A stretch of DNA of 64,000 nucleotides, from positions 2,112,001 through 2,176,000 of the forward strand of contig CAXVYR010000004.1 in NCBI GenBank assembly GCA_963666975.2, given 5' to 3'. The DNA comes from Terriglobia bacterium. Its GTDB lineage: Bacteria; Acidobacteriota; Terriglobia; 2-12-FULL-54-10. Position numbers and translations under genes: made by a program. Shown here in pieces: positions 33,242-43,887 of this stretch. Numbering within the stretch: the stretch's first letter is position 1; each line of letters opens with the position of its first letter. The notes under the pieces were generated by a model. It was not told the origin of the DNA, ran no database searches, and saw nothing but the letters and a program-made list of their open reading frames with translations.

Positions 33242-35119
33242 CTACTCGATCTGTTTGACGGCCAGGCTTCCCAACTCGACCTGGGGTCCGGCGGGCTGTC
33301 GGCCCAGATCCCGCGCGAGCGAAGGAACCAGGTGAACAACCTTGCCTCCCACCACCGTCATGAGAACATTGATGTCGGCGAGCTGCTCTACCGGCACGGA
33401 TAAAAAATCTTTATCGATTACCATGAAGTCAGCAAATTTCCCCGCTTCCAGAGATCCCAGATCCTCCTCACGGAACAGGTAATGCGATCCCCAGGTGGTG
33501 CCCGATTTGAGCATCGGCACGCGATCCACCGCCTGGTTCTGGCCATAGACCTTCCCATCCCACGATTTCCGGGTCACGCCGATGACCAGCAAGTCGAAGA
33601 CGTTCCAGCTCGTGGAAGCCAGAGGACGGTCGCCCTCAAACGACGTCATTAAACGGGCGTCCAGGGCCGTTTTTCTGGGGACGATCCGGTCCATTCCGCG
33701 TTCCCCAAAATGCTCAAACTCGAAGGGGGGACGCTCAAAGATGGAGATATTCATCATCCCCATTACCATCCCCAGCCCGGCTATCCGCTCGGCTTGGTCC
33801 CGTCGGGGAGCTCCGTAGCCGTGATCGATTCCATGTCGGCGGGCGCGAATCTGCTCCAGGCTAAGGCCTCCCTCACGGCTCGCCTTTTCGATCAGTTCCA
33901 GCAAGTTATCGATGTCCTTGTCCCCGTCCGTGTGAAAGCCTGTCAATCTGCCGCCTGCTTTGATGACGGCGTAAATTTGCTCGTAGAGCGGCGTGCCGGG
34001 GATGATGGTGCACGTGTTTTTCATTGTTTTCGCGTATTCTGTAAGCGGCGTCAGCGTGCTGCAATTCATACCTATCCCGCCGGGCTCTCCCAGACCGGCA
34101 AACCACAAGTAATCCGAGCCCTGTCCAAAGCGCGTTGCAATATCCGCTACCAGGTACTCGTCGCGATAATCGAAGGGCCAACCCCAATCCCAGGAGAAAC
34201 GAATGGCCATCTCTCCCCGGCGGTCGAGCTCCTTGTAAGCCTTCAGGAAGTTGGGGGAGTAGATGGAGGAATTGAATGTGGTGACGCCGTATCCGGCCCA
34301 CCACGGCAGTCCCACCCGTTCCATTTCGACGATCAGGTCCACGCGATCGCCCAGAAGGATTTCAGGCTCGAAGGTCCGATACCCCCCCACTCCCGCTCCG
34401 ATTCCAGTCTGTGGATCGATCTGGATGAAACTAGCGCCCTGCGAATCTAAGGCTTGAATCAACCCGATGGCCCTGGAATTGTAGGTGGCGCCTGTAAAGG
34501 CGCTCCGGACCGTGACCGGGTTGTTGGGCGCGATCGCATCCAAATTGGCTTTTAGGATCCGAGGCTCATGCTTGTAGGGATGGCCGTGGCCGGCCGAGAA
34601 CCACGAACGGACTTCGTGATAGAACTCGTAGTTCTCTCCAAAGGACAAGACAGCCCGAATCCACTGCCCCGGCCGCGCCCGCCGCACCGCTTCTCGCATC
34701 CTTTGCTCCATCTGGGTCAGCTGTTGCTCGGCCGGGCCTTGCAGAAAAATGTGGATCGCAACATCTTCCGGAATCACTTTCTGAACGAGGTAGGGATTCG
34801 TCATATCCCAATCGCTGGGATGCTCGTGTGTCATGATGAATCCCGGCAGCACCATCTTCCCTTTCAGATCCATCACCTGGGTAGCCCCGCCGGCCATTGC
34901 CCGGATTTGAGCGTTATTGCCAACGGCCACAATCCTCCCATCCCGGATCGCCATGGCCTCCGCAATTGTGCCGGGATTGGAATTAAAAGAGGCATCATCC
35001 ACGGTCACGATTCTGGCGTTAACGACAATTAATTCCGGCTGCTGCGCCATCGCGAACCGAGTCCCCCCAAGCATAAAGATCCATAGAATCAGAAATCGAG
35101 ATATCGGCATCCCTTTCAT
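33242..35119 (-). CDS. Secreted amidohydrolase_3 protein (tandem paralog)
   Basis: AAGGAG RBS before ATG 35119; signal peptide; LPGFIMTHEH; GSLEAGKFADF. Confidence 0.9.
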   Translation of the reverse strand: MKGMPISRFLILWIFMLGGTRFAMAQQPELIVVNARIVTVDDASFNSNPGTIAEAMAIRDGRIVAVGNNAQIRAMAGGATQVMDLKGKMVLPGFIMTHEHPSDWDMTNPYLVQKVIPEDVAIHIFLQGPAEQQLTQMEQRMREAVRRARPGQWIRAVLSFGENYEFYHEVRSWFSAGHGHPYKHEPRILKANLDAIAPNNPVTVRSAFTGATYNSRAIGLIQALDSQGASFIQIDPQTGIGAGVGGYRTFEPEILLGDRVDLIVEMERVGLPWWAGYGVTTFNSSIYSPNFLKAYKELDRRGEMAIRFSWDWGWPFDYRDEYLVADIATRFGQGSDYLWFAGLGEPGGIGMNCSTLTPLTEYAKTMKNTCTIIPGTPLYEQIYAVIKAGGRLTGFHTDGDKDIDNLLELIEKASREGGLSLEQIRARRHGIDHGYGAPRRDQAERIAGLGMVMGMMNISIFERPPFEFEHFGERGMDRIVPRKTALDARLMTSFEGDRPLASTSWNVFDLLVIGVTRKSWDGKVYGQNQAVDRVPMLKSGTTWGSHYLFREEDLGSLEAGKFADFMVIDKDFLSVPVEQLADINVLMTVVGGKVVHLVPSLARDLGRQPAGPQVELGSLAVKQIE

Positions 35120-35477
35120 TTTTTTTCTCCTTTCGGCAGGTTCCACCGAACGCCCCAGTTTAATCGTATGTCGCGGAACAGAACAGCGGTTAGTGAAGTT
35201 GGCATTCTGGCACAAATAGCGTAACACTGGAACCGGTTTTCTCGATCCGCTAAATACTGCTGCCGCGCTCCATCCCAGGTAAAGCTGTTTAGCGACGTCT
35301 CGGGCCTCCGGTCTCGCTTGTTTGCAGGGTTTTCTTGTAAGGAAGCAAATTGAGCCAGCGATTAAGAAGACCCGCCTGTCAACGACCTGAAGCGCCCCAT
35401 AAAATGAATCGAAACCGTGCGACGGTAGCCACGGTAAATTGGCAGTTCCAATTTGCCGTGGGTTTGTACATTCAATC

Positions 35478-35540
35478 CGAGCCGCGCGCGCCTGTCCCGC
35501 CTGCCCTGAGCATAGCCGAAGGGAGCGAAGCCGAGGGATC
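35478..35540. repeat. REP-like repeat GCGCGCCTGTCCCGCCTGCCCTGAGC..GCCGAAGGGAGCGAAGCCGAGGG
   Basis: Near-identical copies at about 37030-37085 and 44000-44070; partial copies at about 35600-35625 and 47755-47780. Confidence 0.8.
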
Positions 35541-35768
35541 AGCAGGCGGTTACAAACACTAGCGGAAAGTGCGAAAGTTCTTTTGACCGCTCCCTCACAG
35601 CTTGCCCTGAGTGAAGCCGAAGGGGTCGCGGCTCGGATTCGCTTCTAGTCGTGGTAATCTGGAGTTAGACGCCGCCTAATACCGGCGCATTCTCGGGCGA
35701 AGGGGGTAGCTCAAAACAGAAAACACCGGCGGGGACATTCCACCTCAAAGAGAGGCAGGGCAGATACC

Positions 35769-36983
35769 ATGGGAATCTTTGAAAAAATGTCAAAACTCGC
35801 TGTCCATCGTCTGGTCATCTCCTCAACCAAAATCTTTCCCGCGAAACCCGCCATTGCCGGAACCAATTGGATCAAACAGGTCCTCAAAAAAGAAGGTCAT
35901 GAGAAGCTGATTTTGGTCAGCCATCCGGAGGTCGGTCTCCGTGCCGCCATCGCCATCCACGACCGCACGCTGGGGCGCCAGGCGCTGGGCGGCTGCCGTG
36001 TCCTGCCCTATCGAAACGAAGAAGAGATGATCCTCGACGTTCTGAAACTGTCCAAGGCCATGACATGCAAGGCCGCGATGGCCGGCCTGGAACGGGGCGG
36101 CGGCAAATGCGTCATCTGGTGCGACCCTCGGACGGAAAAAACCGCTGACCTGCTGTTGAAACTCGCCGAGGAGATTGACCAACTCAACGGCGAATTCGTC
36201 ATCTGCGAAGACATGAACTTTACCCCGCAAGACATCCTGGTGATGCGGGAGAAAACCATTCACGTCTCCGGCCTTCCCAAGCAGTACCACCACCATTCCT
36301 ACCGGGGCAGCGGCGATCCTTCGCAAAAAACTGCGCGGGGTGTTGTGAACGGCATGAAAGCCTGCCTGCGTTTTCTTGGCCTCGGTCCGGTGCGCGGAAA
36401 GACCGTCGCCATTCAAGGCCTCGGCAAGGTCGGCTACGCCTTGGCCCGGCTTCTGCATCATGAAGGCGCGAACCTCGTCGCTTGCGATGTGGACGAAGTG
36501 AGGACCGCGCAATTTGCGGACGAGTTTCACAGCAACCGCCTGTCGAGGCGCCCTCCCTCGGCCCGCGTGGTCGCTCCGAAAGAGATCTTCTCGCAGAAGT
36601 GCGACATCTTCGCGCCCTGCGCGGCGGGCGGCGCGATCCATCCCCATACCATTCCACTTTTACGATGCAGGATCGTGGCCGGGGCCGCCAATAATCAACT
36701 CGCCAATGAACAGTGCGGGAGGATGCTGCGGAAGCGGAACATCCTGTATGCTCCCGATTATGTGATCAACGCCGGCGGGTTGATTAACCTGGACGAGGAA
36801 AAACATCCCCGCGGTTACAGCGAGATGCGGGTGCAGAAGCGGCTGGAGAATATCTACTTCAACCTGCTGCGTATCTTCTGGTACTCCGGCAAATTTGGGT
36901 TTCCCACCAATGAGGTGGCCGATCTGTTTGTGGAGGAGAAGATTCATTTCCAGAAAGAGCTGCATCAAGCAGTTTCTTTCTGA
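35769..36983 (+). CDS. Leu/Phe/Val (amino acid) dehydrogenase
   Basis: ALGGCR, GGGKCVI, SGDPS, IQGLGKVG, GAANNQL, PDYVINAGG. Confidence 0.92.
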   Translation: MGIFEKMSKLAVHRLVISSTKIFPAKPAIAGTNWIKQVLKKEGHEKLILVSHPEVGLRAAIAIHDRTLGRQALGGCRVLPYRNEEEMILDVLKLSKAMTCKAAMAGLERGGGKCVIWCDPRTEKTADLLLKLAEEIDQLNGEFVICEDMNFTPQDILVMREKTIHVSGLPKQYHHHSYRGSGDPSQKTARGVVNGMKACLRFLGLGPVRGKTVAIQGLGKVGYALARLLHHEGANLVACDVDEVRTAQFADEFHSNRLSRRPPSARVVAPKEIFSQKCDIFAPCAAGGAIHPHTIPLLRCRIVAGAANNQLANEQCGRMLRKRNILYAPDYVINAGGLINLDEEKHPRGYSEMRVQKRLENIYFNLLRIFWYSGKFGFPTNEVADLFVEEKIHFQKELHQAVSF

Positions 36984-37122
36984 ATGGATATTGGTTTCAG
37001 GGAATCGTTGAACTCACCGCCGGACGGAACGCGCGCCTGTCCCGCCTGCCCTAAGCATAGCCGAAGGGAGCGAAGCCGAGGGGTTAGCAAGCGGACCCAT
37101 ACAGCAGTTTTTCAACAACCTC

Positions 37123-38040
37123 CTAAACCGCTTGCAGCACAATTCCCGCTTTTTCTATAGCGGCTTTCAGCGACTGGATCTGCTCCGTGCCAAGCTCCTC
37201 GGTCTTCCATCGCGGATATCGTTTCACGTCAAACCCCCGCAAGCGGGCTATGGCAGCCAGCACGGCTCTGCCGTTCGCCTTCGTCTTCGCCATGGCCGCA
37301 ACCAGCCCGTACAGCTTGCGCTGATGTTCAAAGGTCTCCTTCCAGCGCTCGTTCCGAATGGCGTCCCACAAGCCGACGCACAGCTCCGGGAATAAACTGG
37401 TCGGCGGGTGAATCGAGCCATTGAGTCCCACAGGAGCGGCGGCGGCCAAATTAAAAATCGACCCGGAAAAAACGCCGAACTCAGCCGGGAGCGTGTGGAT
37501 ATACTTTAACAGTTCATCCACAGCAACAAACGATACCTTGAGCCCGCAAATCGTGGGGATCGCATCGACGTATCGCCGCACCGTCTCCGCCGTCATGTGT
37601 ATGCCCGCATAGAGGGAATTATCGTAGAGAAACATAGGGTATTGCCCCAGCGCGGCCGCCACGGCCCGAAAGTGTTCCAAAATGTCGTAGTCGGTGTGGT
37701 CGCTGTAATAAAAAGGCGGCAGAACGGCGACGGCGGCCGAGCCAATGCTTTTGGCGTGAACAGCCAGCTCCACCGTGGTTTCGGTGTCGGCGCAGCCCAC
37801 GTGCGTTATGATCGGGATGCGGCTCTTTACTTGGTCCAACACCGTTTCGGCAGCCCACCGCCGCTGCGCCGGAGTCATCACAGGCCCCTGCCCGGCCGAG
37901 CCGAGAATAAACAGCCCATGAACGCCGCTTTTCACCATGAATTCCACCAGCTCGCGCAAAACCGGCTCGTCCAACTCGCCCTTGTGGTCGAAGGGCGTAA
38001 TCAGTGGAATTAAAATTCCTTCGCAGACCGTCCTAGCCAT
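37123..38040 (-). CDS. Dihydrodipicolinate synthase/NAL family aldolase
   Basis: ITPFD, GVHGLFILGSAGQ, LPPFYY, GLKVS. Confidence 0.9.
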   Translation of the reverse strand: MARTVCEGILIPLITPFDHKGELDEPVLRELVEFMVKSGVHGLFILGSAGQGPVMTPAQRRWAAETVLDQVKSRIPIITHVGCADTETTVELAVHAKSIGSAAVAVLPPFYYSDHTDYDILEHFRAVAAALGQYPMFLYDNSLYAGIHMTAETVRRYVDAIPTICGLKVSFVAVDELLKYIHTLPAEFGVFSGSIFNLAAAAPVGLNGSIHPPTSLFPELCVGLWDAIRNERWKETFEHQRKLYGLVAAMAKTKANGRAVLAAIARLRGFDVKRYPRWKTEELGTEQIQSLKAAIEKAGIVLQAV

Positions 38041-38236
38041 AAAACAATGCTCCCTGATTGGATTTTTTCTCCGGCACAACTCCACCGCCCGGCCATCCCC
38101 GGAAAGCCCGGCCGCATCCTATGCGAGTAGTCTGGAGCTAATCGGGTGGGCAATTGTACCAAATCTTCTGCGGCCAGGGCCCAACCCTCCGGCGGTTTAG
38201 CTCAGGAGGGGCGGCAGCATCTGGCCCGAAAAAGGA

Positions 38237-38265
38237 TTGAACACGGCAAGAGGCTGGGGTATATT
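38237..38265 (+). promoter_or_regulatory. Putative sigma70 promoter for the propeller gene
   Basis: TTGAAC-N17-TATATT about 95 bp upstream of ATG 38361. Confidence 0.5.
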
Positions 38266-38360
38266 CCACCCACAAATAAAGGCGCGATCTTGCGCCCCTT
38301 CCGGCTAGGGCGGGAAAACGGAGTTAGGGAATCAGCTCGATATATTAGGGGGAGGGAGAC

Positions 38361-40592
38361 ATGAGTGTTAGACCAAACCGAAGGTTCTTGCGCAGCAATT
38401 GGAACGTTATTGCCACGCTGACCGTTATTACTCTGATTGCCGTGTGGATCGTATTTCCGAATGGGGGGAACCTCTCGGGAGCATCTGCGAAGGGTCGTTC
38501 CTCTTGGTGGCCGCAGACGGGGGGGCCGCAGTTGATATCCGTGCAGCCATTCCCTGAAATGGAGGGAGCCATCTGCGAATGGGTGCCGGCCAGCGCTTCG
38601 GGAAACGACACCCTCGCCGCCTCTTTTCGTCCTGCAGCCTTGCTGAACCATGCGTTGCAAGGCGCGGCACAAAGCGCCCCGGATGGTGTAAGAACCGCCA
38701 CCGAGATTGAACGCGCGCCGCTGCGGGTCATCCGGGACACCTACCCGACATACAGCGCCATCGCCGTCGACACCACCTCTAATGAAGTGTACATGCAGGA
38801 TGAGAACCTGTTCGGCTTGAAGGTGTTCAACCGTCTGGACAACACTCCGCCGAACGCCGCATTTACCGAGCCGAAGCGAGTGATTTCCGGTCCAAACACG
38901 AAGCTCGAGTTTAATTGCGGCCTGTATATAGACCAGAAGACGGGCGACGTCTATTCAGTGAACAACGACACTATGGACACCTTGACGGTGTTCGCTCGCG
39001 GGGCCAGCGGAAATGCGACGCCCAAACGGGCGCTCCACACTCCGCACGGAACCTACGGAATCGCCGTAAACGAGGCCGTGCAGGAACTGTTCCTCACCAT
39101 CGAGCACATCAACGCCGTGGTGGTGTACCGGAAGCTGGCCGACGGGGAGGAAAAGCCGCTGCGGACGCTGCGCGGGCTTCAGACTCAACTGGAGGACCCG
39201 CACGGGATCGCCGTGGACGCGAAAAACAAGTGGCTGTTCGTCGGCAACCACGGCAACCATAAACTGAGCGAGGCTCCCTGGACGGGGCGGTTTGAGCCTC
39301 CCGCGATCACGGTTTATCCGCTGGAAGCCAGCGGCGACACCGCTCCGCTGCGGGTGATCGAAGGTCCCAAGACTCAATTGAACTGGCCGTCAGCGATGTT
39401 TATCGACGAGGAGCGCCAGGAGCTGTACGTAGCCAACGATGTGGGCGACTCCATCCTGGTTTTCCGCAGCACCGACAGCGGGAACGTGGCTCCCATCCGG
39501 ATCGTCAAAGGTCCGCAAACGCAGATCAAAAACCCCACCGGCGTGTTTGTAGATTTGAAAAACGACGAGCTCTGGGCCTCCAACATGGGAAACCACCGCG
39601 CGGTGGTATTCCCCCGCTCGGCGAACGGCAACGTCGCGCCGCTGCGCGTCATCCGGAGCGCCCCGGCGGAAAAGATGGCCCTGGCCATCGGCAATCCCGG
39701 CGCTGCCGCCTATGACAGCAAACGCGAAGAGATTCTGGTTCCCAACTGAGTGGCCCACCCGCAAATTGCGATCTTCGCCAGGCTGGCGAAAGAAAATTCC
39801 AAGCCCACCCGTTTGCTTTCCGGCCAGGCAACACGGCTGGCCCGCACCATGCACGACATCCGCTATGACGCGATCCACGATGAAATAATCGTGCCGAACC
39901 CTTTCGCACAAGCGATCCTGGTTTTCCGGGGAGGCGCCGACGGCGAAGAAGCGCCGATTCGCATCATTCAGGGGCCCCATACGCTGTTGCAGGGAACGGG
40001 CGCGGCGGCGGGCGGAGTGGACCGCCTGGACGTCGATCCGGTCCACGATGAAATCTTCGTCCCCGCCGGGGAAAAGATTTTGGTGTATCCGCGGACGGGC
40101 AACGGCGACGTGCCACCGTTGCGGGTCATCGAAGGCCCCGACACCACGCTCTACAGAGCGCAAGCGATTGCCGTGGACCCGGTTCATAACGTCATCGTGG
40201 CCGGCACGCACAGGAGTTACAACAACGGTCAGGGGGCCCTGCTGATCTTCAACCGCACCGACAACGGAAACGTCAGGCCCTCCAGAATCATCATGGGACC
40301 GAAGGCGGAGATCGGCAATATGAACCAGATTTTGATCCATCCGCCCAAGGGCTGGATCGTGGCGGCACAGACGGGAAACTCCTACGGGGTGCTGGAGCCG
40401 GAAGGCGTCTATGTCGGCGTCTGGAGCATCTACGACGACGGCGACGTTCCCGCGCGCTGGAAGCTCGCCGGAGATAAGAGCCTCATTAAGAAGCCGCGCG
40501 GGATCGCGCTGAACCCCAAGAACAAAGAGCTGATCGTCGCCGACATGCGGCTCAATGCGATGTTGACGTTTTACTTCCCGGAGATTTTTTAG
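38361..40592 (+). CDS. Exported multi-blade beta-propeller (NHL/YVTN-like), probably one 743-aa protein with in-frame TGA (Sec?) at 39747-39749
   Basis: ORFs 38361-39749 and 39750-40592 are contiguous and in frame; the junction lies inside a repeat; same TGA in the paralog. Confidence 0.8.
39774..39790 (+). promoter_or_regulatory. Candidate bacterial SECIS / recoding hairpin
   Basis: TTCGCCA-GGC-TGGCGAA perfect stem; loop begins 31 nt after TGA; identical in the paralog. Confidence 0.7.
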
Positions 40593-40824
40593 ACTTGTTT
40601 CAGAGTTGGTGTATCCCATATTGCGCTCTTGTCAGGGCACGGTTTTAACCGTGCCGCCACCTGGAGCACGACAGCGGCTTCAGCCGCTGAGGTGGGGGGG
40701 TGAATCGCTGGCACACGCAGACTTCAAGACGCACCTCAGGCGCTAAAGTTCACTTGACTGGAGAACCTTTCGGCACGGCTGAAGCCGTGCCCTGACGGGA
40801 TACACAATCCATAAAAACGGTCTG
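40590..40824. repeat. About 235-bp MITE/REPIN-like palindromic element
   Basis: GTCAGGGCACGG...CCGTGCCCTGAC arms with internal REP hairpins; reverse-complement relative at 53409-53642. Confidence 0.85.
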
Positions 40825-40988
40825 GTTTTTTCGGATACGGTCTTAGAAGAACATATGTTTGGCGGAACTATGTTTGATGGGTGGGCGGCCTAAAAAATGC
40901 GGACAGTCCCGACATTTCATTTCCTTGACACGAATCGTCTCTTGTGTTCGAACCTAGCCACCCGATCATCGGAGGACGCGTGAACACC

Positions 40989-42203
40989 ATGAAATCCAGC
41001 CGCCGGCGTTTCTTGAAGGATGGCGCCATACTGACCGGTTTGGTCGCCGGGACAGTGCAATCTGCAAGCGGACAAACGCCCGGCCCCGAGGAAGCCGCCC
41101 ATCGCTCGGCTGGCTTTGTGCGCGCGATTGGCGAGCGATCACGTCTTGAAACCTCGGCACGCGCGTGGTCTGATTCTTCCACGGGCCGCGTGACTTCGTC
41201 GCTGACTCCGCTGCAAAACTCCAAAGGAATGATCACGCCTTCGATGCTTCATTTTGAACGCCACCACGCGCGTGTCCCGGACATCGACCCCCGTCAGTAT
41301 CGTCTCCTGATCCACGGCCTGGTGGATCGCCCGCTGATTTTTACAGTGGCGGAGTTGGAGCGCCTGCCTTCCGTATCGCGGATCTATTTCCTCGAATGCT
41401 CGGGCAATAGCCGCAATCCGGGCCGGGGAAACGCGGAGACAGTCCAGGGAACCCACGGCATGACCAGTTGCAGCGAATGGACGGGGGTCCCGCTGTCCCT
41501 GTTGCTCCAAGAGGCGGGGGTGCAAAAGGGGGCAAGCTGGCTGGTGGCGGAGGGCGCAGACGCAGCCAAAATGACGCGGAGCATTCCGCTCACGAAGGCC
41601 ATGGACGACATTCTGGTGGCCTACGGGCAAAATGGCGGGGCGCTTCGTCCTGAGCAGGGCTACCCGTTGCGGCTGCTGATCCCCGGATGGGAAGGAAACA
41701 TCAGCATCAAGTGGCTGCGGCAAATCAAGGTGGTGGACCAGCCCTATATGACAAGAGAAGAAACCTCCCGCTACACCGACCTGATGCCGGATGGCCGCGC
41801 GCGCCAGTTCACTTTTGAGATGGACGCTAAATCAGTCATCACATTTCCTTCCGGCGGACAGAATCTGCCGGGCCCCGGATTCTACGAAATCACGGGCCTG
41901 GCTTGGTCCGGCAGAGGCGCAATCCGCAGGGTGGAAGTATCCACCGACGGCGGCGCGTCCTGGCAGGACGCCCAGCTTCAGGAGCCGGTACTGCGATTCG
42001 CGCATACCCGGTTTCGCTTCGCCTGGAAATGGGACGGCGGCGAGGCCGTGGTCCAGTCCCGCTGCATCGATGAGCAGGGTGGGGTTCAGCCGACCGTGGA
42101 CGATCTGATCCGGGTCCGGGGAAGGAGCTATAATTATCACTCCAACCACATTCAAGCCTGGAAGATCAACCGTAATGGAAGCGTGCAAAATGCGCTGGTC
42201 TGA
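40989..42203 (+). CDS. soxC: Tat-exported sulfite oxidase-family molybdoenzyme (SoxC/SorA-like)
   Basis: SRRRFLK Tat motif; LHFERHH, FLECSGN, EQGYPLRL, IKWL, GLAWSG. Confidence 0.88.
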   Translation: MKSSRRRFLKDGAILTGLVAGTVQSASGQTPGPEEAAHRSAGFVRAIGERSRLETSARAWSDSSTGRVTSSLTPLQNSKGMITPSMLHFERHHARVPDIDPRQYRLLIHGLVDRPLIFTVAELERLPSVSRIYFLECSGNSRNPGRGNAETVQGTHGMTSCSEWTGVPLSLLLQEAGVQKGASWLVAEGADAAKMTRSIPLTKAMDDILVAYGQNGGALRPEQGYPLRLLIPGWEGNISIKWLRQIKVVDQPYMTREETSRYTDLMPDGRARQFTFEMDAKSVITFPSGGQNLPGPGFYEITGLAWSGRGAIRRVEVSTDGGASWQDAQLQEPVLRFAHTRFRFAWKWDGGEAVVQSRCIDEQGGVQPTVDDLIRVRGRSYNYHSNHIQAWKINRNGSVQNALV

Positions 42204-42744
42204 TCTTTTGATCCCGGCAGTTTTCTTGGTTGTCTGCGCCGCGGCGCAGGCGCAGTCGCCCGCCTATGGCGTGGGCAGAACGCCGAGCGCCAAAGCAATT
42301 CGTGCGTGGGACATCGCCATTGGACCCGAGGGAAAGGAACTTCCGCCAGGAAAAGGAACCGCGAAAGAAGGCGCCACGATCTACGCACAGCGGTGTGCGG
42401 CGTGCCACGGGCAGACGGGAACGGAAGGACCGTTCAGCCGCTTAGTGGGCGGCCAAGGAACACTGAACACCAATCGCCCTGTAAAGACGGTTGGAAGCTA
42501 CTGGCCATTTGCCACGACGATATGGGATTACATCAACCGCGCCATGCCCGACGATAAACCGGGATCGCTGAGCGCAGACCAAGTTTACGCGGTGACGGCG
42601 TTTCTCCTCTACCGGAATGGCATCATCCAGGAAAGCGACGTAATCGACGCCAAAAGTTTGCCGAAAATCCAAATGCCGAATCGCAATGGATTTGTTTCCG
42701 ATCCACGGCCGGATTGGAAAACGCCGTCTGGCGGTCGTAACTGA
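42190..42744 (+). CDS. soxD: Monoheme cytochrome c (SoxD-like)
   Basis: Signal peptide; WDIAIGPEG, CAACH, GSYWPFATTIWDYINRAMP, MPNRNGF. Confidence 0.88.
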   Translation: MRWSDLLIPAVFLVVCAAAQAQSPAYGVGRTPSAKAIRAWDIAIGPEGKELPPGKGTAKEGATIYAQRCAACHGQTGTEGPFSRLVGGQGTLNTNRPVKTVGSYWPFATTIWDYINRAMPDDKPGSLSADQVYAVTAFLLYRNGIIQESDVIDAKSLPKIQMPNRNGFVSDPRPDWKTPSGGRN

Positions 42745-42801
42745 ACCGCGTGAGCAGAATTAGCAGTGGTTAAAGCAATTTCAGAGTTGGTGTAAAACGC
42801 C

Positions 42802-43887
42802 TTGCTTATAAATCCATCCGAGCCGCGAGACGAAAAGAAAACCCTCGAGCAATTCGACGCGGAATTAGCAAAGCTCCATATGCGCGGCCAGTGGAAGGCC
42901 GATGAACTGCTGGTCCAAACGATAGGCGGGCCGAAACCGGGAGGGAGCCCTTGCGTCTGGAAATGGTCCGCAGTCCATCCGCTGCTGCTGGAAGCGTGCG
43001 ATGTGCTGCCGGAAAGTTTCACGGCCCGACGTCACCTAGGCTTTATAAATCCCGGGCTGGAGCGGGGAGGAGCCACCCACACCATCCGCATGGGGCTGCA
43101 AATGGTGAGGCCGGGGGAGATCGCATGGGCTCACCGGCACACCATCGCAGCGCTTCGCTTTGTGGTCGCAGGGAGCAATCAGGCATACACCGTCGTCGAT
43201 GGCGAGGTCTGCCCCATGGAAAACTACGATTTGATTCTGACCCCGCAGTGGAGCTGGCACGATCATCACAACGAAAGCGGCGAAAACATCATCTGGCTGG
43301 ACGTTCTCGACGCCTCGTTGATTGCCTCGCTGAACGCAACGTTCTACGAGCCGTACGGGGAAAAACGCCAGCAAGTGAGGCGGTCCGGTGAGGAAGGCTT
43401 CCTTCCGGAGCGGGCAGGAGCCCAGCAACTGCCGCTGCGATACCCGTGGAGCGAAGCGGAGAAGCTGCTTGAAAAAATGGCGCACCTGGAAGGAAGCTCT
43501 TACGACGGTCTCTCCCTGGAGTATGTGAACCCCATGACGGGCGGCCCTGCGCTGCCGACACTGGGGTGCCGGGTGCAGATGTTGCGGCCGGGGGAGAGCA
43601 CGCAGGCTCACCGGCACATCTCGAGCGCCGTTTATTTTGTGGTGCGAGGAGAAGGCGAAACCGTTGTGGGAGACGAGCGGCTGGAATGGAACCGGCACGA
43701 TTCCTTTGCCGTCCCCAATTGGAGCTGGCACCGGCACATCAACCGCTCGAAGACGGACGCAGCCATTCTGTTCTCCGTAAACGATACTCCCGTATTTCAG
43801 GCGCTCGGTTTATACCGGGAAGAGCCGGAGAATTCCTTGCAACAGGCGGCGGCTCCCTTAGCGCCCGCTCCATTAGCAGGTTGTTGA
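42802..43887 (+). CDS. Gentisate 1,2-dioxygenase-like bicupin
   Basis: AHRHT, WSWHDHHN, AHRH, NWSWHRH cupin motifs. Confidence 0.88.
   Translation: MLINPSEPRDEKKTLEQFDAELAKLHMRGQWKADELLVQTIGGPKPGGSPCVWKWSAVHPLLLEACDVLPESFTARRHLGFINPGLERGGATHTIRMGLQMVRPGEIAWAHRHTIAALRFVVAGSNQAYTVVDGEVCPMENYDLILTPQWSWHDHHNESGENIIWLDVLDASLIASLNATFYEPYGEKRQQVRRSGEEGFLPERAGAQQLPLRYPWSEAEKLLEKMAHLEGSSYDGLSLEYVNPMTGGPALPTLGCRVQMLRPGESTQAHRHISSAVYFVVRGEGETVVGDERLEWNRHDSFAVPNWSWHRHINRSKTDAAILFSVNDTPVFQALGLYREEPENSLQQAAAPLAPAPLAGC

Noticed and set aside
39747-39749. Genome-wide UGA reassignment (code 4/25) as the explanation for the propeller TGA
   Set aside because: TGA terminates ordinary genes here (e.g. nfi, amino acid dehydrogenase, soxD), and long conserved genes have no internal TGA
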